Of a stretch of 64,000 bases of DNA, positions 39,456-48,433 are shown piece by piece (position 1 is the first letter of the stretch; every line of letters begins with the position of its first letter). Made by a program: the position numbers and the translations under genes. The stretch comes from a virus. The stretch spans positions 1 to 64,000 of the IMG/VR virus record IMGVR_UViG_3300016482_000025; one strand, written 5' to 3'. The notes beneath the pieces are model-generated. The model saw nothing but the letters and a program-made list of their open reading frames with translations, was not told the origin of the DNA and did not search any database.

Positions 39456-39483
39456 TTGACATATCCTCTTTTCGCTGTATAAT
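39456..39483 (+). promoter_or_regulatory. sigma70-type early promoter
   Basis: TTGACA, 16 nt, TATAAT. Confidence 0.6.
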
Positions 39484-39508
39484 ACGCACATCAAAGAGAG
39501 TTAAGACG

Positions 39509-39730
39509 ATGTATGATAGAAACGTGAATGAGGATATAAAGATGTTTAGCAAGGAAGAGATTGAAGCTTTAATCAGGGATTATATCGCTGAAAATCTATC
39601 CATTTCTGTTGAAGTATCAAGGGGTGGTTATTGGGATGATAGTCCTTCAATTAAGGTTAGTGTTTTTCTTGATGGTGAATTGGTAAGTGATTCTTCTGAT
39701 TCGCTTCCTAATCCAAAGATTTCTTATTGA
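39509..39730 (+). CDS. hypothetical protein
   Basis: Downstream of promoter 39456-39483. Confidence 0.4.
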   Translation: MYDRNVNEDIKMFSKEEIEALIRDYIAENLSISVEVSRGGYWDDSPSIKVSVFLDGELVSDSSDSLPNPKISY

Positions 39731-39747
39731 AAGGTGAATTTTATATT

Positions 39748-40818
39748 ATGACTTATTATGTGAAACACGGTAATATCTTTTCCGTAACAGATTCTCGCGC
39801 CGTTGATATTCGCGATTCTCTCCCTGCTGGTAATTACACTGTAAAGCAAAATCCAATGACCAAGGAATTCTTTCTTGAGCAGATTATGGATTTTGCTTAC
39901 AAGGGTAAGGTTTATGGTGATCTGGAAAAGAATGCCATTCGTATGTTGAATACGTATGAGGATCGTCCTAATTCTACCGGCATTCTTCTTGCTGGTGAAA
40001 AGGGTTCTGGTAAGACTATGCTTGCCCGTCTCATTGCCACCAAGGCAAATGATCGTGGTTATCCTTGCATTGTAATCAATACTGCCTTCACTGGTGATGA
40101 CTTCAACAAGTTTATTCAGACAATTGAGCAACCTACTGTAATTTTGTTTGATGAATTTGAAAAGGTCTATAAGGATGAAGATCAGGAAAAGATGCTAACT
40201 TTGCTTGATGGCGTCTATCCTGGCAAGAAGCTTTTCGTTCTAACTTGTAATGACAAGTGGCGAATTGATAAGCACATGCGTAATCGTCCTGGCCGTATTT
40301 ACTACATGCTTAACTTCAAGGGTCTAGAGGAAGATTTCATTCGCGAGTATTGCAATGATGTTCTTGTAAATAAGAATTACATTAACCAGATTTGCAATGT
40401 TTCTGCGCTGTTCTCTGAGTTTAACTTTGACATGCTTAAGGCTCTTTGTGAGGAAATGAACCGTTATGGTGAAAGTCCTGAGCAGGCTCTTAAGATGTTG
40501 AATGCAAAGCCTGAGAATGGTGAGAAGTCTCGCTATGCCATTACTCTGATTATTGAAGATCAGATGATGGAGCTTCCACACTCTGATACTTGGGAAGGCA
40601 ATCCGCTTTCTACTGGTAGCATCCGCGTAAACTATCGTAAGAAGTTTAAGGATGAAAATGGTGAGGATGATTGGGAATGGGGTGATTACAACGCTGTAAT
40701 TGGTGATCTAATCAGCATCAATCCTGAAAATCAGTCCTTTACATATGTGAATAAGGATGGTAAGCTTATCCTTACTCGCGTGAAGGAAAAGACGTGGGAT
40801 TATTCGAAGGTTCTATAA
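39748..40818 (+). CDS. AAA ATPase
   Basis: Start moved to ATG 39748 (AAAGGTGAATTTTATATTATG); Walker A AGEKGSGKT; Walker B ILFDEFE. Confidence 0.6.
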   Translation: MTYYVKHGNIFSVTDSRAVDIRDSLPAGNYTVKQNPMTKEFFLEQIMDFAYKGKVYGDLEKNAIRMLNTYEDRPNSTGILLAGEKGSGKTMLARLIATKANDRGYPCIVINTAFTGDDFNKFIQTIEQPTVILFDEFEKVYKDEDQEKMLTLLDGVYPGKKLFVLTCNDKWRIDKHMRNRPGRIYYMLNFKGLEEDFIREYCNDVLVNKNYINQICNVSALFSEFNFDMLKALCEEMNRYGESPEQALKMLNAKPENGEKSRYAITLIIEDQMMELPHSDTWEGNPLSTGSIRVNYRKKFKDENGEDDWEWGDYNAVIGDLISINPENQSFTYVNKDGKLILTRVKEKTWDYSKVL

Positions 40819-40833
40819 TATGGACATTCGAAA

Positions 40834-41571
40834 TTAGTTAGAAAGTAAAGGGATGGAAATTGCATCTTCATGTTTCCATCCCTTTCGTATTCTTGATTGA
40901 TACGTATCTTTTTTTAACCATTCGGGTAATATAATTATTTCACCATTTTTTCTTTTATAAATGTTTGGTGGTTGTTTTATATTACCAGAATTGATACGTC
41001 CTTTTTTCCAAATATTAAAATCATAATTTTGGATGTGTGATTTTAATATTTGTTTATCTATTTGACCATCGTTTATCCACATTTTAGGTAATTTATTGCG
41101 TTCTGATAAATCATTACGTTTCAACCCTAAAGTTGTTGAAACGTAACCATTTTTGAATTTATTTTTTCTGGTAATGGAAAGATTCTTTTTTTGTTCATCT
41201 GTCCACTTATTACCATAATTTGGATTTTTTTCACCAGATATATGACACGAATATGTTTTTCTAAAATAATCATATAACTTAGAATTATATCTCTGATGGT
41301 GTTTGTTCTTCATTTTAAACGAATGTAATGCAAAACACATATTTTTTATATTTTTTGAATCACTACACATTTTTGGTAGTAGAAGATGACAAATATAATG
41401 TTCTCTTGCTGTTAATAATACAAGATTTTGTTTTGAATTATTCCCACCAAGAGATTTAGGGATTATGTGGTGAGATTCATAATATTGACCATCTTTCTTA
41501 GAACGCACTTGACTCTTAGCTTTAGATATGATAGAGTAATACCACGATGAATATTTGTTTTGAAGAAACAT
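40834..41571 (-). CDS. HNH homing endonuclease (Mob-like)
   Basis: ESHHIIPKSLGGNNSKQNLVLLTAREHYICH; NUMOD-like GEKNPNYGNKWTDEQKKNLS; low GC; opposite strand to its neighbours. Confidence 0.75.
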   Translation of the reverse strand: MFLQNKYSSWYYSIISKAKSQVRSKKDGQYYESHHIIPKSLGGNNSKQNLVLLTAREHYICHLLLPKMCSDSKNIKNMCFALHSFKMKNKHHQRYNSKLYDYFRKTYSCHISGEKNPNYGNKWTDEQKKNLSITRKNKFKNGYVSTTLGLKRNDLSERNKLPKMWINDGQIDKQILKSHIQNYDFNIWKKGRINSGNIKQPPNIYKRKNGEIIILPEWLKKDTYQSRIRKGWKHEDAISIPLLSN

Positions 41572-41584
41572 AAAAGGGATTCCT

Positions 41585-42058
41585 ATGACTAGTAAAAGTA
41601 TTTATGAAAATGCTGTTTTATGTGACATTGATGGAACGGTGGCTGATTGCAGCCACCGACTCCATTGGATTAAAAACAAGCCGAAGAATTGGATGGCATT
41701 CTATGCAGGAATACCAAACGATCAACCTATTCAGCCTACAATTGATGTTGTGTGGTTGATTATGAAGAAGAATTTCTATCAACCTAGAGTGGTGTTCTGT
41801 TCTGGTCGTCCTGCTGAATATCATGATGTTACTCGTCAATGGTTTGAAAAGTATATGCCTTGGGCTAACAAGTGTCCTTTGTATATGCGTCCTACTAAGG
41901 ATAGCCGTCAGGATTACATTGTGAAGGAAGAATTGCTTGCCAAGATCAGAGAAGATGGTTATAATCCTGTTCTAGCTTTCGATGATAGGCAGCAAGTGGT
42001 TGATATGTGGCGCCGTAATGGTCTTACGTGCTTCCAAGTAGCGGAGGGCAACTTTTAG
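41585..42058 (+). CDS. polynucleotide 3'-phosphatase (stand-alone homolog of the T4 Pnk C-terminal HAD domain)
   Basis: DIDGTVAD (DxDxT) and AFDDRQQVVDMWRRNGLTCFQVAEGNF, compared with T4 Pnk [27 protein letters not shown] as I recall it. Confidence 0.8.
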   Translation: MTSKSIYENAVLCDIDGTVADCSHRLHWIKNKPKNWMAFYAGIPNDQPIQPTIDVVWLIMKKNFYQPRVVFCSGRPAEYHDVTRQWFEKYMPWANKCPLYMRPTKDSRQDYIVKEELLAKIREDGYNPVLAFDDRQQVVDMWRRNGLTCFQVAEGNF

Positions 42059-42061
42059 TTA

Positions 42062-42111
42062 AAAATCTCCTAAAGCTAAATACTATGTAAAATAATGCTT
42101 TAGGAGATTTT
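42062..42111 (+). promoter_or_regulatory. 15-bp hairpin sequestering the endonuclease RBS, with CTAAATAC at the arm/loop junction
   Basis: AAAATCTCCTAAAGC (42062-42076) pairs with GCTTTAGGAGATTTT (42097-42111); AGGAG at 42102-42106; ATG at 42114; CTAAATAC at 42076-42083. Confidence 0.55.
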
Positions 42112-42113
42112 TA

Positions 42114-42764
42114 ATGTTTTACATAGTATATAAAACTACAAATTTAATAAACCATAAAATTTATATTGGAACACATAAAACTAAAGATTTAAATGATGAT
42201 TATCTAGGATCGGGTGTTTTTTTAAAAAAAGCTATTAAAAAATATGGTAAAAACAACTTTAAAAAAGAAATAATAGCAGTATTTGACAACGCAGAAGACA
42301 TGATGAAAGAAGAAAGAAAAATAGTTAATAAAAATTTTATTCTTCGTAAAGACACATACAATTATGAATTAGGTGGTAAAGGTGGTAAGATATGGACTGA
42401 TGATTTGAGACAAAAAATGTCTGAATCAAAGAAAGGACATATACCGTGGAATAAAGGTTTAAAAACTGGAAATTTTATGACAGAAGAAGAAAAACAAAAA
42501 AGAAGTCAAAAAATGTCTGGTAAAAATAATCATATGTTTGGTATAAACGTTTCTTCTATTATCGATGAAGAAAAAGATAAAGAGCGAAGACGCAAAATTA
42601 GCGAATCGAATAAAAAACCCAAAACAAAAACAGACGGTTATAAAAAATATGCATCTAATCGTTTTTGGATAGTTGACATAGAAGGAAATTTATGTCATGC
42701 TTGTTCAGAAAATGATGAACGTCTTGTTTCAGGAAAATTTAAAAGAGGAAGAAAATGGAAGTAA
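42114..42764 (+). CDS. GIY-YIG homing endonuclease
   Basis: FYIVYKTTNLINHKIYIGTHKT...DYLGSG; NUMOD3-like repeats; low GC. Confidence 0.8.
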   Translation: MFYIVYKTTNLINHKIYIGTHKTKDLNDDYLGSGVFLKKAIKKYGKNNFKKEIIAVFDNAEDMMKEERKIVNKNFILRKDTYNYELGGKGGKIWTDDLRQKMSESKKGHIPWNKGLKTGNFMTEEEKQKRSQKMSGKNNHMFGINVSSIIDEEKDKERRRKISESNKKPKTKTDGYKKYASNRFWIVDIEGNLCHACSENDERLVSGKFKRGRKWK

Positions 42765-42789
42765 TATTAGTAGCGGAAGGGAATTTCTA

Positions 42790-43182
42790 ATGCAGAATGT
42801 TTCTATTCCCGTTCCTTATTACGTTGGATATAAGTTTTACGCTCCAAGAGTGTATGCTTCACATTCAAAGGAATATATTACAAACAACGGTTATGTTTAT
42901 TCCCGTGAGGTTGTAGAGTATATTCCTTTGATTAAATCTAAGATTATCACTGGAATTGAGATTTCTGTTAGTATGTTTGAGGAAGTATCTTATACCTTTC
43001 TTGTAAAGGATTATGATACTCTAAAGACAAGGTTGCAATTGCCTACTCATTATAAGAGTGGTTGTGTTAATTGTTTTCATGATTTTCAGTTTACAGAAAA
43101 AGAAATGGCGGAAGAATTCATCACCGAATGGATGAAGAACAACCCAAACAAGGAATATTTTGGAGGAAAACACGATGGATAA
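42790..43182 (+). CDS. hypothetical protein
   Basis: Start moved to ATG 42790 (MQNVSIPV). Confidence 0.45.
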   Translation: MQNVSIPVPYYVGYKFYAPRVYASHSKEYITNNGYVYSREVVEYIPLIKSKIITGIEISVSMFEEVSYTFLVKDYDTLKTRLQLPTHYKSGCVNCFHDFQFTEKEMAEEFITEWMKNNPNKEYFGGKHDG

Positions 43183-43597
43183 GAAGTCTGCTAAAAAGGT
43201 AAACCCCTCTGTTGAAAAGACAGTTTGGGTTATTATGCAACGTTCATATGAATATAATGATGAAACTTATGATATGCAGGAAGGTGGTAACGTTGTTGTC
43301 GCCTTTGATGATTACAATAAGGCTGTGGACGCACTAGAAGAAAAGATGATCAAGTCTGTGCGTAATGGTGAGTGCTATATGTATTATGGTTGGGAACCAT
43401 CTGCATATTTTAGTGATTCCGATGCATTCTCTGAAATGCTTGAAGGATATGGTTTTTCATTCAGTGAATTGGGGAATTATTCTTCATTCAATGAATTTGT
43501 TGAAAAGATGGAAAACGCAACAGATGATGAAATTAAGTTGTTCATTGAACATTTAAATGAACCTCTATATTATATCGAAAGCGTGAAGCTTGCATAA
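43175..43597 (+). CDS. hypothetical protein
   Basis: Start moved to ATG 43175 after GGAGG. Confidence 0.45.
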   Translation: MDKKSAKKVNPSVEKTVWVIMQRSYEYNDETYDMQEGGNVVVAFDDYNKAVDALEEKMIKSVRNGECYMYYGWEPSAYFSDSDAFSEMLEGYGFSFSELGNYSSFNEFVEKMENATDDEIKLFIEHLNEPLYYIESVKLA

Positions 43598-43607
43598 AAA
43601 AGGATAA

Positions 43608-44183
43608 CTATTTTTTATTATGAGGCTTCCATGCTTTTCTTCCTCTGATCCATCCTTCTAAAATTTTATTATGAAATTCTTCTGTTTCTGAATTATATTG
43701 TTTAGATATAGAAAAATCAGGGGAAGTAAGCCATACTAAATTTTTCTTTTTATCTCTAAGTTTTTGTCTATATTCTTCCGTTACATTAATAATACGTTTT
43801 TTATATCTTTCTTTATAAATTTCTGTATTATTAATGTAATGTTCTTTAATTGATTTTGATATTTTTTGTTTTGTTTCAGAAGATAACACAATTCCTTTTC
43901 TTAAGGAACCACCTTTACCACCTTGACATATGTTATATGTTGTTGATAAATTACAGAAGTCTTCATTGACTAATTCTTTTTCTTTATTAATCATATCTTG
44001 TTCATTATCAAATATAAACAATATTTCTTTAGTGAAATTATGAATACCATATTTTTTTATAGCACGCTTTAACATATTACCAGAACCAAGATATTCATCT
44101 TGGAGATTATTAGTCTTATGCATACCCACATAAATTTTTGAGTTGACTAAACATGTGGTTTGGTATATGGTATAATAAGTCAT
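43608..44183 (-). CDS. GIY-YIG homing endonuclease
   Basis: YYTIYQTTCLVNSKIYVGMHKT...EYLGSG; shares a near-identical block KEILFIFDNEQDMINKEKELV with the gene at 36830-37444; low GC; CTAAATAC at 44212-44219 on the minus strand. Confidence 0.8.
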   Translation of the reverse strand: MTYYTIYQTTCLVNSKIYVGMHKTNNLQDEYLGSGNMLKRAIKKYGIHNFTKEILFIFDNEQDMINKEKELVNEDFCNLSTTYNICQGGKGGSLRKGIVLSSETKQKISKSIKEHYINNTEIYKERYKKRIINVTEEYRQKLRDKKKNLVWLTSPDFSISKQYNSETEEFHNKILEGWIRGRKAWKPHNKK

Positions 44184-44239
44184 TGTTTAAACTCTGAAAA
44201 TGATTTCAGATGTATTTAGGAGTAAGTGTCATTAAGCCT

Positions 44240-44737
44240 ATGGTCCATGCGCGTATTAGCGCGAAGAAGTTTGGTGGTAAGGCAGAAGATTATCTTGCAA
44301 TCCATGATTTTATGGATTGCACAAAGATGGCTCTTCCTGATGTTCGCCATCGTATGGTTCTTCACAATTCTGTTGGTTGTTTTATTGCAGAACGTGTGTT
44401 TGGTCATACTATTGTCAATTCAGAAAACAAGACTGTTCATGTTCGTGATGTTGCCGAGGCTCATGTAATTGAAGACCTTGGTTTCATTCCTACACTTGAA
44501 AAGTGTTTTGCTGGAATGCCTATCGAAACTTGGATGGGTGGTAAGGTTTCCGCCTATAAGGAAGAGTCCAAGCCACAACCTGTTCTTCTACAGGAAGACA
44601 CTACAGCCGCTCCTACGCCTGTTCTACCACCAGTGACTACAGGAACACCGCTTGGTCCTCTTCCTACCACAATCTCTGGTGCAGATATTTTTATTGATGG
44701 TATGGCTAGCCGACTACGTAACGAAACAATTGGATAA
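44240..44737 (+). CDS. hypothetical protein
   Basis: MVHARISAKKFGGKAEDYLAIHDFMD...; Pro/Thr-rich C-terminal part; start uncertain (44210 or 44240). Confidence 0.45.
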   Translation: MVHARISAKKFGGKAEDYLAIHDFMDCTKMALPDVRHRMVLHNSVGCFIAERVFGHTIVNSENKTVHVRDVAEAHVIEDLGFIPTLEKCFAGMPIETWMGGKVSAYKEESKPQPVLLQEDTTAAPTPVLPPVTTGTPLGPLPTTISGADIFIDGMASRLRNETIG

Positions 44738-44748
44738 GGAAATATAAA

Positions 44749-45234
44749 ATGAATGAATTTACCAAGGCTTCTGAGTCTGTTGATGCTGTTATCAACGAAT
44801 ATGAAGAACTGATGAATAAGACACGTGAAATCCTCAAGGAAAAGATGAATGTTCTTTTCAAGGCTTTCTTTGATACGTATCCACAAGTGAAGACCATTTA
44901 TTGGTCACAATACACACCTTATTTTAATGATGGTGATGAATGCGTTTTCTCGGTAAATGATATTTACTTCACTACTTTTGATTGGGAAGACGTTGATTCG
45001 CCTTGGGGTGAAGATGATGGTGTAATTTCCCCGCATGGTGAGTGGAATTCAAAAAAGCGTTGTTTTGAACCTAACACCAAGGTTTCTCAATCTCTTATTA
45101 ATGACATGAAGAAGTTTTCTTCTATTCTCATGTCAGAAGCAAATGAGGCTGTGATGCTTGCCATGTTTGATAATCATGTGTGGGTTCGCGCGCATCGTGG
45201 TGGGTTTGAGGTTGATGAATATTCCCACGACTAA
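44749..45234 (+). CDS. hypothetical protein
   Basis: 161-aa ORF. Confidence 0.5.
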   Translation: MNEFTKASESVDAVINEYEELMNKTREILKEKMNVLFKAFFDTYPQVKTIYWSQYTPYFNDGDECVFSVNDIYFTTFDWEDVDSPWGEDDGVISPHGEWNSKKRCFEPNTKVSQSLINDMKKFSSILMSEANEAVMLAMFDNHVWVRAHRGGFEVDEYSHD

Positions 45235-45313
45235 TAAAACAATTTTGGTTTTCGGTAATGAGGATGCGTTTTCTACGCTCCTTGTTACCGATTTTCGAAT
45301 TAATAAAAAAAGT

Positions 45314-45655
45314 ATGCAAGGTTGGGTAATAAATGGTGCATACTGGTTCAAATGGTTTGATAATAATACAGCTATTTGTTGTGATGTAACACAAACAGAA
45401 ATTAAAGATAAAAATTCTTGGTCTGGATATAAAACAGTATTTAAACCAGATTGGAAAAATCCTGTTGGTGGTATTATTGAAAATGTTCCAAAACCAACAA
45501 TAGTTAAGATTTATTATCCCGGTTCTAGTGATTTTCATTATCAAGAAATAATAAATGAAGCTAGAAAAAAATTTCTTGACCCCATGAATTATATTCCTAT
45601 TATGAACAAGAAAGACTTGACGCCAACAGAGAGGGATGATAATATCCCTTTCTAA
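45314..45655 (+). CDS. hypothetical protein (start unresolved)
   Basis: The frame is open from 45158 but the first in-frame ATG after the upstream stop is 45314; low-GC segment. Confidence 0.3.
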   Translation: MQGWVINGAYWFKWFDNNTAICCDVTQTEIKDKNSWSGYKTVFKPDWKNPVGGIIENVPKPTIVKIYYPGSSDFHYQEIINEARKKFLDPMNYIPIMNKKDLTPTERDDNIPF

Positions 45656-45669
45656 GACGGAGTATTATC

Positions 45670-46854
45670 ATGAACTACGAATTTCCTCACATCACGCATA
45701 TTGATCAGGTTCGTGCGGCCATTGCTGGCCGTAAGGAATTCATTGAGGCAGAGCGCGATGACTACATTGTTTTCAATTACATTGTGAACATGGGTGATAC
45801 CTTTCCAGAAATTGAGACTGTTGACCATGCTATTCTACGTGAGTGTCGCGGTCTTATTTTCGATAAGGATGGTAATGTTCTGTCGCGTCGTCTTCACAAG
45901 TTTTTCAATGTAAACGAAACTTCCGAAACTCGCCTGGAAAATGTTGATCTTTCCAAGCCTCATGTTATTCTTGAAAAGCTTGACGGTTCCATGATTACTC
46001 CAATTAAGATTGGGGATCATTACCGTTGGGGAACCAAGATGGGTATTACGGAAGTTGCAATGAATGCGGAAGCGTTTGTTGCAAAGCATCCTCAATATGA
46101 GAAGTTTGCTCGCGCCTGTTACTACTGTGGTCTTACTCCTATCTTTGAGTGGTGTTCTCGTAAGAACCAAATCGTAATTGATTATCCAGAGGATCGCCTT
46201 GTTCTAATTGCAATGCGAGTGATGGAATCTGGTGAATATGTCAATTATGAGCGTCTTTGTGAAAATGGAAAGTATTATGGAATTGAGGTTGTAAAGCAAT
46301 ATCCTGGCACTGTTTCTTCAATGGAACATCTTGTGCAGGAAACTCGTGACCTTAAGGATGCAGAGGGGTGGATCATTCGTTTTGATGACGGGCATATGCT
46401 TAAGATCAAGGCTGATGATTATGTCATGATGCATCGTGCCAAGGATATGATTCGTATTGAAAAGAACGTTCTTCTGGTTGTAGCAGAGGATAAAGCGGAT
46501 GATCTTCTGCCTATTCTGAATGAGGTTGACCGGAATGACTTAATTCAATACCGCAAGGCTGTTGATCAAAGCATTGCTGAAAAGGCTGATGTTGTTGCTC
46601 ATGGTCTTATACAGGGACGGGATATGGACCGTAAGACTTTTGCGGTAACTCTTGTTCCTAACTTTGATCAGTCTATTCATTCTATTATGTTCGCTCTTTA
46701 CGATCAGCGTCACTCTAACTTTGATGATCTTGTTCTAAAGGCACGTGAATTGATTGTAGAGAAGATTCGCAAGTCTTGTGGCACTATAGTTGGTGTTAAC
46801 AAGGTTCGTTGGATCATTGGTAATGTTCGTTGGAAGGATCAGAACGATGAATGA
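45670..46854 (+). CDS. rnlA: RNA ligase 1 (T4 RnlA-like tRNA ligase)
   Basis: ECRGLIFDKDGNVLSRRLHKFFNVNE, EKLDGSM (KxDGS) and EGWIIRFDDGHMLKIKADDY parallel the T4 RnlA blocks ECRGIMF, KEDGSL and EGYV..DGSHFKIKSDWY. Confidence 0.85.
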   Translation: MNYEFPHITHIDQVRAAIAGRKEFIEAERDDYIVFNYIVNMGDTFPEIETVDHAILRECRGLIFDKDGNVLSRRLHKFFNVNETSETRLENVDLSKPHVILEKLDGSMITPIKIGDHYRWGTKMGITEVAMNAEAFVAKHPQYEKFARACYYCGLTPIFEWCSRKNQIVIDYPEDRLVLIAMRVMESGEYVNYERLCENGKYYGIEVVKQYPGTVSSMEHLVQETRDLKDAEGWIIRFDDGHMLKIKADDYVMMHRAKDMIRIEKNVLLVVAEDKADDLLPILNEVDRNDLIQYRKAVDQSIAEKADVVAHGLIQGRDMDRKTFAVTLVPNFDQSIHSIMFALYDQRHSNFDDLVLKARELIVEKIRKSCGTIVGVNKVRWIIGNVRWKDQNDE

Positions 46855-47176
46855 AGAAGATAGAAAGTGGCCTTTTGAGAGATTGGATAAAATGACAATC
46901 TCTCAAATTTACGATTTGGTTGCCACACTTGATACTGTTATTGCTGAAACCGCAAATGAATTGGGGTGTGAGGCTGATAACGAAGCAATTCTTGAAGCAA
47001 TCTATAAGCTAAAAAATAAAAAAGTAAAAGCGGAAGCTGTTGTTAAGGCTTTTGATAATGGTTATAATGCTGGATATGCAGCAGGAAAGAATGCTGGTGA
47101 GCTTTCAACCTTGACAGACATTCGTGATAAGGTTAATATGGCTATAGAAAACGCAATTCTTGATAGGGGTGGTTAA
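46847..47176 (+). CDS. hypothetical protein
   Basis: Start moved to ATG 46847 (MNEEDRK). Confidence 0.45.
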   Translation: MNEEDRKWPFERLDKMTISQIYDLVATLDTVIAETANELGCEADNEAILEAIYKLKNKKVKAEAVVKAFDNGYNAGYAAGKNAGELSTLTDIRDKVNMAIENAILDRGG

Positions 47177-47670
47177 TGAGTAATCCTGTTGTTTTTATGC
47201 TTATTGGGGTTCCTGGCTCTGGTAAGTCCACGTATGCAAAGCAATTTCTTGAATTGTATCCTAACTTTGTTTACATTTCCACGGATCATTATGTTCAGAA
47301 GTATGCATACGAGAATGCTACTACGTATGATGCTGTCTGGTCTAACATGATCGGTGAAGCTGAAACTTTCATGAATACTCTTCTGGAAGAGTCCATTCGT
47401 GATGGTAAGAATATCATTTGGGATCAAACTAATCTTTCCGTGAAGAACCGTGCCAAGAAGCTTTCCAAGTTTCCTGACAATTACAGGAAGGTTGCTGTTT
47501 TCTTTGAGGTTCCTTCTAAGGAAAACCACAAGTTTTTTCTTTATTCTTCGGAACGTGCTGGTAAGAATATTCCTGAGAATGTGGTTGAAAATATGATCAA
47601 TTCCATTCAGCGTCCTACACGCGAAGAAGGTTTTGATGATATCTTCACCTATTCAATTGAAAATAAATAA
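47176..47670 (+). CDS. polynucleotide 5'-kinase (stand-alone homolog of the T4 Pnk N-terminal domain)
   Basis: P-loop LIGVPGSGKSTYAKQF; later IWDQTNLSVKNR, compared with T4 IISDTNLNPERR as I recall it; 164 aa with no phosphatase domain. Confidence 0.65.
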   Translation: MSNPVVFMLIGVPGSGKSTYAKQFLELYPNFVYISTDHYVQKYAYENATTYDAVWSNMIGEAETFMNTLLEESIRDGKNIIWDQTNLSVKNRAKKLSKFPDNYRKVAVFFEVPSKENHKFFLYSSERAGKNIPENVVENMINSIQRPTREEGFDDIFTYSIENK

Positions 47671-47678
47671 GTCGGTGT

Positions 47679-47719
47679 TGCCCGAACGCCATTAGTTAGC
47701 CTTGTGCATCGGGCATTTT
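47679..47719 (+). terminator. hairpin plus T-run
   Basis: TGCCCGA-23 nt-TCGGGCA followed by TTTT. Confidence 0.4.
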
Positions 47720-47733
47720 GAAAGGATTATATC

Positions 47734-48012
47734 ATGTCTTTCGTTCTGTTTATTCTTTTTGTTATTGGTGGTTTTATCATGGGTGGTATTGCCATCGGTA
47801 GATGTATTTCTGAGACACAACCATTTTCAAATAACAGAACGACAATGCTTCTAAAAGACGTGCAGTTTGATATTTACATTGCTGCATTCTTTTGTATTGT
47901 ATTTTATGGTTCTCATGAATATTTAATTGCTTATCTCACTTCCAAGTTTGTAACAATTCTTTGGAATTATGATGAAGACATTGAAGATTATGAATTGTTT
48001 GATAGAAACTAA
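47734..48012 (+). CDS. membrane protein
   Basis: GAAAGGATTATATCATG initiation region; hydrophobic segments. Confidence 0.5.
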   Translation: MSFVLFILFVIGGFIMGGIAIGRCISETQPFSNNRTTMLLKDVQFDIYIAAFFCIVFYGSHEYLIAYLTSKFVTILWNYDEDIEDYELFDRN

Positions 48013-48335
48013 GTCTTAACTTTGAGTCCTCGTAACTTTGGTGAGACATACAACCAAGTTGTTTCTCTTCTCTCTTTTTCAACCGGACAGTTTTCGTTAT
48101 GGTATTTGTCTATCTTTAGTTTTTGAGACGTAAATCCACAATAGATACAGGTTGCTTTTACACCAAAATTATTGAGTCCTTCGGCTACGCGGCGTTGTTG
48201 CGTGGCCTTTCTTTTTTCATTCTCTTCTGGTTTACGCACGTATAATCCACGCCAATTAGGACGATTCTTTATTTCCTCTTGACGTTTCCTGTCTTCGGCT
48301 ACCGCTTGTTTAAGTTGTTCTATTGATTTGACCAT
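48009..48335 (-). pseudogene. probable remnant of a Seg-like homing endonuclease (C-terminal zinc-finger part only)
   Basis: TCIYCGFTSQKLKIDKYHNENCP resembles CPHCNKIGSGTNMRRYHFDKC of the gene at 20566-21222; no GIY-YIG core; only minus-strand ORF in this stretch. Confidence 0.35.
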
Positions 48336-48433
48336 ATAAATATATAGATAACCATTCGGGATAGGGAACGGTGGCTGAATTGGATTTTTGGCTGCATCCA
48401 ATCTATAAATAATACAATTATAGAGGTTTATAG

